A DNA stretch of 64,000 nt. It comes from Rikenellaceae bacterium (GTDB lineage Bacteria > Bacteroidota > Bacteroidia > Bacteroidales > Rikenellaceae). A program made the position numbers and the translations under genes. The stretch is from assembly GCA_020859685.1 (NCBI GenBank), contig JAJBVT010000053.1:11809-75808 (forward strand), in the 5' to 3' direction. The notes beneath the pieces are model-generated. The model was not told the origin of the DNA, ran no database searches, and saw only the letters and a program-made list of their open reading frames with translations. This document shows, piece after piece, positions 7,165 through 15,747 of the stretch. Every line of letters begins with the position of its first letter. Positions within the stretch are counted from its first letter, which is position 1.

Positions 7165-10068
7165 TTATTTTTCCCTTACGCAGCGGGCGCGCTTACTGTT
7201 GGTGCTTCTGACATTATCATTCCATCCTTTATATTCGAGGTCGAGAACCCATGAGCGATAACTGTTACTAGAAAATACTTCGCTGTTACTCCAGTAATCC
7301 CATGGGTAAGCGTATGCGATTTTGCCAAGCTCGATAAAACGCTGGCCCATTTCATAAGTCTCCTCTACTGTCGGAATGTAAAAATTTTTGGTCGTACCGT
7401 CTTCGGTATATGCGGCACATCCCCCGTTAGCGGCACTGTACGTTTCGGTATAGTAAAGAGTAGGAGATCTCTTGGCTTGCAGGGGGTATGGACCGTGAGA
7501 AGTGCTATATGTATAACCGTCCGCCGAGGCACCTGCCTGCTGGTAGGTTTCGGTGTTGTATTTGGAGTCTATCCCCATTGCGGTCGCCCAGAGCATGATC
7601 TCTACCCCGTCGTCTCCGACCCTGCCGTTAGGCCCGGCATCCTCGATTGCGACCACACGGCCGGTGGAGAGAGTCACATATCCGAGTTGCTTAATCGTGG
7701 CCATATTCACGTCGGTCCAAGTCGACTCCGCCACACCGTCGATATAACGGCGGTACTGGCATTTTATATCCCTGTGACCCGCGTCAGAACCGTATGTCCC
7801 CGAATAGTTGTAGTTGCTTAGTATAGTCAGGTTCACGGCCATGGCCGAAATATCAGTAATATCCGGGCTTGTGGACGATACCACCGTGGCCCCGTCCGAG
7901 GTTACCGCCCTCACCTGTACCCATCCGGCGGAATAACTTCCGGTTACTGTCACGGTCAGGTCGCCGCCGTAAGGCAGAAATGCCCGGATGGTGAGGTTCT
8001 CCCCGTTCTCGATGGCCGGATCCGACGATGAGGACCCCGTAATTTCGTAGTCCCCCCACTGGTTGCCGTAATTCAGGACCGTAGCGGACGTCCAGTCCGT
8101 ACCGCTTCTCGACCATTGCAGCTCCACCACGCGGGCGGCCTGGTCTTTCCACTGCTCGAAGGTCCCTATGGTTATCGACTGCTGCACGGAGCCCGCGCCA
8201 GCCGGAATAGTTATCGGACCCGCGACCACGGTACCGGTTCCCCGTATCACTCCGCGGACGTAAAGCTCCGGCCAGCCGGTACCGGTGACGTTTATGTTAT
8301 AGGTCTGGTCTCGGGCGGCAATCGTACTGTTGTCCGTCAGGGTGGAGGCGACGTCGAAATCGAACCCCTCCTGAGTGGCCTGCATGATGGCGACCCAACT
8401 CCCGCTGGTTTTGTCGTAATACCTGAACTCGATAACCCTCGGTATATCCTGCGACCAGCCGGGAATGGTTACGGTCACGGAAGACGGGTTGCCCGTAGTG
8501 TAATTGGCGGGGATAAATGAATTGGCCGCGGCCTGTGTGATTTCCGTGTCGTTTGTCAGGTCCCATACCTGTACGGGAATATCGTCGAACAGACCCGTGG
8601 CACGGATTACGCGGTCCTCTCCGTCGCCGGAGATATTTCCCGTCGGAGTGACCGATATACTTTCCAGATAGAGCTGCGCCTGGTCTATGCGTACGGCCAC
8701 CGCAAAACTCCCGGCCCTGATATGGATATATCCGACCCGGTGAATCCACTGGTCGGTCACGGCGACCGAGTAGTTTAGCGCGGTTCCCGTGGGAGAACCG
8801 TCCGCCGTAAGCCAGGTGCATGGAACGTCCAGCTCCGTTTCGGAACCGGAGACCGTAGCGGTACAACCGCCCGGGAAATTAGTGTCCACCGTAACGGTTC
8901 CCGTCCCTCCGAGTATATCGTAAGACGCGGAGGTGGGGTCTACCCATATCCAGTACTGGCCGTCGATATCGAATACCTCGTCCGCACCTTCGTTCCACGG
9001 AATCACATCGGCATAGATATCCGCATCCGTGGCCTCTTCCTCCCCGGTACCGGGTCCCGAGACCTTGTAGATATTGAATATAAAGTTGTGGTTGCGAAGT
9101 ATGTCCCACTGCTTGCCGTCGCGGTCGATGAACGGAAGCCTGTACCATGTAACCTCGCCGGAGTTGTCATAGATGCCCGCAATAAGCAGCCAGGTCCGGT
9201 CCTCCTCGTCTATGCCGGAAGCGGTATTGCTCCGCTCGCCGATATAAATACCGTCGGTTATCGTCACCCCGTCGGATGAGGCGTAATAGGCGTTATCGTA
9301 AACCACACCCGTGGGAACGGTAGGGCTCGTCGCTTTGACGCTGCCGGCCGAGGACGTCTCAATATTATCGGGGTCGGGAATAGCGTATCCGCTGTCGACC
9401 GTGTTGTATATCGCCACGTCCACAAGTTCGAAATCCTTCTGGTCGGGGTCGCTCCTGTCGAGGTTTATCAGTACCGTTACCGCGGCAAGCGACCGAAGCA
9501 TATATATTGTGCCGAGGTCGGTCACTTCCTCCACGATGGCGACCGGCCCGTACTCTCCCCACATGGGCAGGGGCCTGTCGGCGCCGTATTGTCCGGAAAC
9601 TTCATTGGAGGGGTTATGGGTTGGGTCGTAGCTCGTCCGGTGGACGAACTCGATAGTAAGAAGGTCGCGTAACTGTGCGACCGTGGTACTCCCCGAGGTG
9701 AGGATGGTCGCGTCGAGTTCGTCTTTGAGGTTGGCGAGGACGACCAGAACCTGCTCCTGGCTTCCGCTTTTGCTCAGGGTTATATCGAACCATTCGTTCG
9801 AGGAGTCGATAACGCTCGCCGAGGAGCGGTATTGGAACGTTCCGGCGTCGGCGCTGAAAGAGAGAACGTCTATGGTCTGTATGAACGTGTCGGCGAAACC
9901 GCGTGTAGATACGGAAGGATTGCCCGGTACGCGGATGTGCATCCGCACCACCTGACTGTCCGGATCGACAGGCGCCACATCGTAGCTACCATCCTTAATA
10001 CACGCGGCCATGATAACGACCGTTAAGGATAGGCAGAGAAAGCCTGTGATATTCGACATCCTGTTCAT
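7165..10068 (-). CDS. Fimbrial tip/accessory adhesin-like lipoprotein, tandem paralog of 4091-7156
   Basis: 967 aa with lipobox MAAC. Same architecture as its neighbour (IDVLSF.., LVVLANL.., PMWGE, BACON-like CTWLTA...RVGYIHIRAG..IDQ, C-terminal GGCAAYTE...RARCVREK). Confidence 0.6.
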   Translation of the reverse strand: MNRMSNITGFLCLSLTVVIMAACIKDGSYDVAPVDPDSQVVRMHIRVPGNPSVSTRGFADTFIQTIDVLSFSADAGTFQYRSSASVIDSSNEWFDITLSKSGSQEQVLVVLANLKDELDATILTSGSTTVAQLRDLLTIEFVHRTSYDPTHNPSNEVSGQYGADRPLPMWGEYGPVAIVEEVTDLGTIYMLRSLAAVTVLINLDRSDPDQKDFELVDVAIYNTVDSGYAIPDPDNIETSSAGSVKATSPTVPTGVVYDNAYYASSDGVTITDGIYIGERSNTASGIDEEDRTWLLIAGIYDNSGEVTWYRLPFIDRDGKQWDILRNHNFIFNIYKVSGPGTGEEEATDADIYADVIPWNEGADEVFDIDGQYWIWVDPTSASYDILGGTGTVTVDTNFPGGCTATVSGSETELDVPCTWLTADGSPTGTALNYSVAVTDQWIHRVGYIHIRAGSFAVAVRIDQAQLYLESISVTPTGNISGDGEDRVIRATGLFDDIPVQVWDLTNDTEITQAAANSFIPANYTTGNPSSVTVTIPGWSQDIPRVIEFRYYDKTSGSWVAIMQATQEGFDFDVASTLTDNSTIAARDQTYNINVTGTGWPELYVRGVIRGTGTVVAGPITIPAGAGSVQQSITIGTFEQWKDQAARVVELQWSRSGTDWTSATVLNYGNQWGDYEITGSSSSDPAIENGENLTIRAFLPYGGDLTVTVTGSYSAGWVQVRAVTSDGATVVSSTSPDITDISAMAVNLTILSNYNYSGTYGSDAGHRDIKCQYRRYIDGVAESTWTDVNMATIKQLGYVTLSTGRVVAIEDAGPNGRVGDDGVEIMLWATAMGIDSKYNTETYQQAGASADGYTYSTSHGPYPLQAKRSPTLYYTETYSAANGGCAAYTEDGTTKNFYIPTVEETYEMGQRFIELGKIAYAYPWDYWSNSEVFSSNSYRSWVLDLEYKGWNDNVRSTNSKRARCVREK

Positions 10069-10086
10069 TTCTGCACTTGGTCTCTT

Positions 10087-11025
10087 TTATAATTCTCCCG
10101 GCATACTGCTGCCGTCCCAATCCTTAATACTGTTGCCGACAAAAATCCACCCGCCGTAGCGGTCTGCTTCGTAGTAGAGTTCGTAGATATAGTGTTTGTC
10201 GAGGTCCTCGTCGGTCTCGATATCCTCGTAAGCCTGCAAAATCCGCTCGGTTATTTTATCCTCCGTGCGAACTACGTCGCCTTCGAGGATACGCAGGGTA
10301 AGGTCGTCGCCGATAAACAGACGCTGGAGTTTGAACTCCGCCTGAGCGACGTAGGTGTTTTCTTCGGTGAAGCCCGAATAGGTCGGGATATATGATGCGG
10401 TGGCGTTTCCCGCCGCCGGATTGTTTTCGAAATCATAAACGATGTTGCTTCCTTCCACGGAAACAGTGTAATCGGTACCTTCGATGGTACGGGTAGGCTC
10501 GTCCAGGCCCAGCAATCTGATACGGACGATATGAGTGTCACGGATAAGGGAGATGTCGTAAGTCTTAAACGTACTGTCTACTGTCACAGCATCCATACCG
10601 TGGAACAGGTCGGCGACGCCGGTGTGATTTTCACTCGCCTGTATCGTGAATCCCGTGCGGGTAGTGGCCGACGAGGAGCCGATAACTTCGTACCCCGTGC
10701 CGAAAAGGTTGCCCCATACAACCATTTTATACTCGCCCTCTTCAATATCGAGGTAGAGTGTATTGCCGTCTACCAGCGACGACTGCGGCGTGTCGATATG
10801 GTAGACATAGTTGTCGTACATATCGAAAATGTATAGGTGGACGTCTTCCACAAATTCGCTGAACAGGTCGGTAACCTCTTCAGTATGGTCATGGTGGGTG
10901 AATACGAACCGCAAGGCGACCGGCGGAAGCGTCTCCGGGCAGTCCGAATTATCCTCCTTTAGGCACGATGACAGTCCGGCCGTAAGGGCCAGCAGAGCCG
11001 TGAGCGCTCCTGCGATTTTATTCAT
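10087..11025 (-). CDS. FimB/Mfa2-family fimbrial anchor/terminator subunit
   Basis: 312 aa with lipobox LSSC followed by ..DCP... VHLYIFD motif. Size and position immediately after the major subunit gene fit the family. Confidence 0.7.
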   Translation of the reverse strand: MNKIAGALTALLALTAGLSSCLKEDNSDCPETLPPVALRFVFTHHDHTEEVTDLFSEFVEDVHLYIFDMYDNYVYHIDTPQSSLVDGNTLYLDIEEGEYKMVVWGNLFGTGYEVIGSSSATTRTGFTIQASENHTGVADLFHGMDAVTVDSTFKTYDISLIRDTHIVRIRLLGLDEPTRTIEGTDYTVSVEGSNIVYDFENNPAAGNATASYIPTYSGFTEENTYVAQAEFKLQRLFIGDDLTLRILEGDVVRTEDKITERILQAYEDIETDEDLDKHYIYELYYEADRYGGWIFVGNSIKDWDGSSMPGEL

Positions 11026-11060
11026 GGATTTTTGGCTTTTTCCGTTTACCGGTTTCCCGG

Positions 11061-11085
11061 GGGCCCCGCCCTTAAGCAGGGGCCC
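11061..11085 (-). terminator. GC-rich intercistronic hairpin after the major-subunit gene (possible attenuator or RNA-stability barrier)
   Basis: GGGCCCC...GGGGCCC 7-bp perfect GC stem in the 88-nt gap between the Mfa1-like and Mfa2-like genes. No clear U-run. Confidence 0.3.
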
Positions 11086-11113
11086 TCGGTTCCGGATAAG
11101 TATTTCAGAGTTA

Positions 11114-12481
11114 TTAAAGTTCGCCGGGCATATAAACGCCTTCCCAGTTGAGTACCTGGATAGTTACGTGGATGTATGCATCCGGGTCGAGCGGTTCGGG
11201 ATTCTCCGGCCTTCCGCCGTCTTCCTCGTTCCAGCCGAGGCTGGTCACTTTGGTAATCTCGATATCCCAGTACTGGTTGCGGTGCTGTGAGTATTTGTCC
11301 GCGGTAGTGGTCGGGGGAGTGTTACCCAGGGAGCTGTCGAGGTAGATCCAGTAGTACATCAAACCGCCATCGTATTTGAAAGCCGCTTCGTTGGCGCCGA
11401 GTTGGATTACCGGGTCCCCACTGTAAAGTTTATTGTCGGCAGCCCAGTTCACCAGGTCGCCGTTCGAATCTACGGTACCTATCCTCCAGAAATCGTCACC
11501 GGGATTCCATGTACCGGAAGTCACCAGAGCTCCGTTCGCGTCATACCATACGGTGGGAGAGAACACACCTTTAATCGATGCGTAGGTAGCGTTACCGTAA
11601 CGGGCGGTCATATTACTGTTCTCCATCATATAGGTAGGCTCTTCATGGTTGTAGCTGCCGTCGAGGCCGGTTTTCGACCAGTCGGCCTGAGCCCAGTAGT
11701 TGTTGGCATGCACATCGGCCCAAATGCTGTTGTTCCTGTCGAAATACGGGGTCCTCCAAACACCGGACGCATCATAGGTGGTGAAGAGGTACATCTGGTC
11801 GGGCTGGTTTTTGATACGGTACTCCACGTCCGACATGGTTCCGAGAACCGTCGCTCCGGTGGCGTTCCCGTCGGTTACTTCGATGTCTTCATCGTAGTAA
11901 ACACCTACTTTGGCAACCGACCGACCGAGCTTGATGGTGATGTTGTTGTGGTGGTTCGGAGTTTCAGCCTCGTTCTTGGTCGCGCTTACCACCGTATGCG
12001 AAAGCAGCTCGGAAGCCATCCAGAAAGAGTTGTCGACGGTGAGGGTGTCGTTGAAAGCGACCTCGTCTGCGATGTTCACGATATAGCTTTCGAAATTGGC
12101 GGCCGTCATACCTTTGGTCCACACCGGAGTCATATTCGCGGTAGCGGCGAATATTTTAGGACCGGTGGTGATAAGGGCAGTCTGGCTCAGCACGGAGGGT
12201 GTGAAATTCAGCACGTCTTCGATGGTCTGGGTAGCGACGTCGTAGATGTAGAGGTCGATGGTTGAAACTGTTCCCTCTTCCGTCGTAGGCGCGGTATCAC
12301 CGTGGAACGCGCGGGAGTTTGCGTTGGCGATGCTGATGGTGAACGTAGTGTAGGTCTGTTCTCCCGTTGCCTCGGGTGTGGTTTCATCGGGATCGAGATC
12401 GATGTCTTTGTCACCGCTCTTCGAACAAGCAGCAAGTGTCAGGACAGCCAGAGCTGCCACAAGGGTTGATCTGAAGTTCAT
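11114..12481 (-). CDS. Mfa1-family fimbrial major subunit
   Basis: 455 aa with lipobox LAAC. N-terminal TYTTFTISIANANSRA (Arg-type propeptide site) and IDLYIYD. Paralogous to 59879-61405, including similar C-terminal ends. Confidence 0.7.
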   Translation of the reverse strand: MNFRSTLVAALAVLTLAACSKSGDKDIDLDPDETTPEATGEQTYTTFTISIANANSRAFHGDTAPTTEEGTVSTIDLYIYDVATQTIEDVLNFTPSVLSQTALITTGPKIFAATANMTPVWTKGMTAANFESYIVNIADEVAFNDTLTVDNSFWMASELLSHTVVSATKNEAETPNHHNNITIKLGRSVAKVGVYYDEDIEVTDGNATGATVLGTMSDVEYRIKNQPDQMYLFTTYDASGVWRTPYFDRNNSIWADVHANNYWAQADWSKTGLDGSYNHEEPTYMMENSNMTARYGNATYASIKGVFSPTVWYDANGALVTSGTWNPGDDFWRIGTVDSNGDLVNWAADNKLYSGDPVIQLGANEAAFKYDGGLMYYWIYLDSSLGNTPPTTTADKYSQHRNQYWDIEITKVTSLGWNEEDGGRPENPEPLDPDAYIHVTIQVLNWEGVYMPGEL

Positions 12482-12557
12482 GTTTTAATTGTTTTAAGTG
12501 AAACTTGAGTTGATTGATCTTCTTTTTTGGTTTGGTTAATTACTATTTGGATCTATA

Positions 12558-14231
12558 CTATCTTTTATATCGCTCCATAAGTATTTCGTTTTCCCGTTTG
12601 CATTCCAGCTCTTCGAGATTGTGGGCGGCTTCTTCGGAACCCGCCTCCCGGGCCTGACCCAGATAAAGCGACGCGGTATCCAGGTCCCCCGACAGAAGGT
12701 ACCATACGCCCGTGTTGTTAGCCGCGTCGGGAACGTCCTCCAGCCTGTCGAGGTATCGTCGGGCCGCCGCCATCTCTCCCCGCCGGATAAGCACCGCAGA
12801 GTAGTTGAGCATGGACACGGGGTCGTCGGGATAGAGGCGGATTATGGTCTCGAATATCTGCTCCCACTGCGGCGAACCGTATTCGTAGGATTGCGCCAGC
12901 AGGTAGAGTTCCCTCTGCGACAGCATTTCCGGGTTCCTGTCGGCCAGTTCGCGCGACTCTTCGAGGGTGTAATCCTTTACCGTAAAATCTATCTGGTACT
13001 CAACCCTTCTCAATTGCGGAAACATACCGTCCCTCAGCGTAAGCCATGCCGCGCCGAATCCTTTGAGCCGCTGCTCCTTGCGGTCGGGCTCTCCCGTACT
13101 GTCGATAACTGCCAGAATATCGTCCCGGCGAGCGATATCGCTCTGCTCGACCAACAATCTCAGCCCGTCCCAGTCTTCGGCGACCGAACTGGACCTGATA
13201 ATATTGGCCGGTATGCCGAAGTTCCGGGTTATATAATCCAACAGGGCCTCGGAACGTTCCCGTGCAAGGCGCTCGTTGGTCGCGTAACTCCCGTCCGGTG
13301 AGGCGTAGCCCTCCACGAAGAGCCCTACAATTTCCACATCGCTGTCGGACTGCACCGCTTTGATTGCCGCCTCTATCTTGGAAAGTTCCTCGGGATTACG
13401 GCGGTATGTGGGCACGATTACCGAACGCCCCACGGCGAAATCGAGAAACGCCTGCCCCTGCATCCTCCGGCTTTTCTGCTCCCGCTCCGGCACCACGAAC
13501 GACAATTTGGGCTGAACCTCGTATGGTTCCCGCGGCTGTAATTTCACACGCCCTGCATTTGCGAGGGTATACAACTGCTCTTTCCCGGCCGGTGAGCCCA
13601 CGACCTGATGGATATCGAGAACCGCGTCGTCCATCCACATCCGATAGGGCATCCGCAGGTTGTAGCGCACCAGCGTATCGGTGGAGGTGGTTACCGCAAT
13701 CCTCACGTCGGGAAGATTATCGAGCAGACGGGTGTCCTGAAACTTATAGCGCCGTTTATAAAGCTGCTCCCTCCCCCAGCCGTTTACCATAAGACCGGCT
13801 CCGGTAGCCGTACTGTCCCCGGCGATAAGCTCGGGGATTACGAGCCAGCTCAGCCGCCGGTTCATAACGTCGCCGTCCAGCTTCATCTCGATCTCCATAA
13901 ACAGTTCGTCGTCCTGTTCGGCAATTTCTACCACCGTAACCTTCATCTGCCCGGCGTACTCCGAGCGGTCGACCCTGCGGCGGGATTGATGCCTTTGCAG
14001 AGGAACCGCAAACACGGCCGGGACCGAGAACCTCTGGACAGTCGGACTGCCGGCATCCATTACCTTGAGGTCGCCCAGTTCCATGTGGAGAGAATCGCCC
14101 GACATCCTTATCGTAAAGGATTCTATAACGAATTTACCGTCGTTCAGTTCGATGCGTCCCGTAACCGGCCCGATCTGCGCAAATACGGTGAAGGCGATAA
14201 GTGATAGTATTATGGTATATATATATTTCAT
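12558..14231 (-). CDS. DUF3868-like protein with OmpA-like peptidoglycan-binding domain and C-terminal TPR-like region
   Basis: 557 aa with a signal peptide. OmpA-like block VEIVGLFVEGYASPDGSYATNERLARERSEALLDYI. Sits between the DUF3575 and Mfa1 genes, as in other Bacteroidales fimbrial loci. Confidence 0.65.
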   Translation of the reverse strand: MKYIYTIILSLIAFTVFAQIGPVTGRIELNDGKFVIESFTIRMSGDSLHMELGDLKVMDAGSPTVQRFSVPAVFAVPLQRHQSRRRVDRSEYAGQMKVTVVEIAEQDDELFMEIEMKLDGDVMNRRLSWLVIPELIAGDSTATGAGLMVNGWGREQLYKRRYKFQDTRLLDNLPDVRIAVTTSTDTLVRYNLRMPYRMWMDDAVLDIHQVVGSPAGKEQLYTLANAGRVKLQPREPYEVQPKLSFVVPEREQKSRRMQGQAFLDFAVGRSVIVPTYRRNPEELSKIEAAIKAVQSDSDVEIVGLFVEGYASPDGSYATNERLARERSEALLDYITRNFGIPANIIRSSSVAEDWDGLRLLVEQSDIARRDDILAVIDSTGEPDRKEQRLKGFGAAWLTLRDGMFPQLRRVEYQIDFTVKDYTLEESRELADRNPEMLSQRELYLLAQSYEYGSPQWEQIFETIIRLYPDDPVSMLNYSAVLIRRGEMAAARRYLDRLEDVPDAANNTGVWYLLSGDLDTASLYLGQAREAGSEEAAHNLEELECKRENEILMERYKR

Positions 14232-14270
14232 TATTGTGGGGTATTGATATATGTGGTTTCGTTTCCCGTA

Positions 14271-14858
14271 TTATCTTTTGGATTTTATAAGGTATATAAA
14301 GGACACCCCGACCTTTGTGGGCCCGAACCAGTGTTTGTGGTTCCGCTCGAGAAAGTCGCCGCATTTCCAGCACTCGTACCGGTCGTAATTATAATAGGCA
14401 TAGCCGATTCCGGCCGTAGCCTCGAGGTTCCAGTGCGGGCTGAGGTACCACTGGTAGCCGTAAGAAAAACCGACTCCCGCGCCGTAACCCTCGTAACGGC
14501 TCTCTTTGAGACTGCCCAGCGGTGCAAGGGGTATATTTACACCTCCCGCGTTATAGCTGATGAACATACCGTGGACCCCCAGAAAATGGCCGTCCCATCT
14601 TTCGTAGGGCCAGAAACGTACTTCGGGGCGCACGACCCAATGCTGTATTTTTTTGTTATCCTCCGCAGCACCGAACCGCCACGGATTGTAGGAACCCGAA
14701 ACCTCGAAGCTCGTTTTCCTGCCCAGAGCAATCTCCACTGCCATATTCGGCGTGGTCGTGGCCCAGCCTATGAGATTACTCTTTACGGCAACCTGCTAGC
14801 AGAAACCTGCGAACGGTACTATAATGGGTATAAGGATAGCGGGGATATATTTCTTCAT
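14271..14858 (-). pseudogene. DUF3575-family outer-membrane protein interrupted by one in-frame TAG (codon 21)
   Basis: ATG at 14858 gives MKKYIPAILIPIIVPFAGFC, then TAG (14796-14798), then in the same frame QVAVKSNLIGWATTTPNMAVEIALGRK...YNPW...HWVVRPEVRFW (DUF3575 hallmarks). The track ORF 14271-14744 is only the part after the stop and lacks a signal peptide. Confidence 0.65.
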
Positions 14859-15012
14859 ATTATATAATTCCGGGAGTGAGCCTTGGATTCTCTCACAGTC
14901 TTTACGGGCCTTCGTTATGAAGGACCGCTATTAATTAATATTCTGTTATTATTCTTCAGGTCTTGTATATATACCGTATATGTAATAGTCTCTCGATTTC
15001 GCGGAATAGCTG

Positions 15013-15381
15013 TCAACCGGTGCTGTTTTCCACCAGATTCTTCCATACCTTTTCCGAGCGCATAAAGCCGGGAAAATCATGGCCGGGCCGCCCATCGCAA
15101 TCCTTGAAACAGGGTGCGCACATCACCAGCAGGTCCCACATCGACAGTTCGTAGAACTTCTTTCGAAGGTGCAGCAGCCCTCCAGACTCCGATAGTATAC
15201 CGTAATCGGTAAGCAACGCAAGCGACGTACGTACCATCGGTAACTCACCCTCGGCGAATCCCTTTAACAGGTTGCTCCGTTCTATACCTTTACCCTCTCC
15301 ATCGGCATACATGAAGGATACCACTCCCAAGAGGGTATAAAGGAATTCGAATTGTGGGGTAAACAATACTTCGTCCTTCAT
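15013..15381 (-). CDS. Small conserved protein, first gene behind the invertible promoter (possible winged-helix regulator)
   Basis: 122 aa from the ATG at 15381 (MKDEVLFTPQFEFLYTLLG...). Paralog of 61763-62134 in the same position in locus 2. The longer track ORF (to 15594) would run through the inverted repeat and the promoter. Confidence 0.6.
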   Translation of the reverse strand: MKDEVLFTPQFEFLYTLLGVVSFMYADGEGKGIERSNLLKGFAEGELPMVRTSLALLTDYGILSESGGLLHLRKKFYELSMWDLLVMCAPCFKDCDGRPGHDFPGFMRSEKVWKNLVENSTG

Positions 15382-15418
15382 TTTTCTGCCGTTTCGGAGG
15401 CTTTTTGTTTTACCTGCC

Positions 15419-15435
15419 GTCACTTCGGGAGTGAC
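15419..15435. repeat. Inverted repeat, operon-proximal (switch A)
   Basis: GTCACTTCGGGAGTGAC, the exact reverse complement of 15748-15764. Confidence 0.85.
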
Positions 15436-15466
15436 AATTCGGAAAACATCAATTACTAATCCTGAG

Positions 15467-15474
15467 CAAATGTA
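15467..15474 (-). promoter_or_regulatory. Bacteroides-type -7 box TACATTTG (TAnnTTTG) inside inverton A
   Basis: Plus-strand CAAATGTA. It lies 31 nt from the repeat and reads toward 15381. Homologous boxes sit at the same distance in switches B and C. Confidence 0.55.
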
Positions 15475-15747
15475 AAAAATAATTTCTATTATCGATACAC
15501 CCCTTCGATAAAATTTATATTTTCCGTACGACCTGAATATATAGAACTTATAATTTATTTTAAGAGAATTACTACCCCCGATTAATATATACATCTATAA
15601 ACAATCGATTCTCTTACGCTATTCCTATGCCCTTCCGGGCCCATTATTTTCTTCTGTTCATTACTTTCTGTTTGCCGAATGTTTGGTGAACTCTTCTAAT
15701 AGATACAATCCGTCGCTCTGTTTTACAGGTCGGTACCTATGATTGTT

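Noticed and set aside
4091-10068. Diversity-generating retroelement targeting the lectin-like C-termini of the adhesin paralogs.
   Set aside because: No reverse transcriptase gene and no template/variable repeat pair were seen anywhere in the window.
15382-15594. N-terminal extension of the small ORF (track ORF 15013-15594, 193 aa).
   Set aside because: The extension crosses the inverted repeat and the AT-rich promoter, has odd composition, and is absent from the paralog. The ATG at 15381 aligns with the paralog start.
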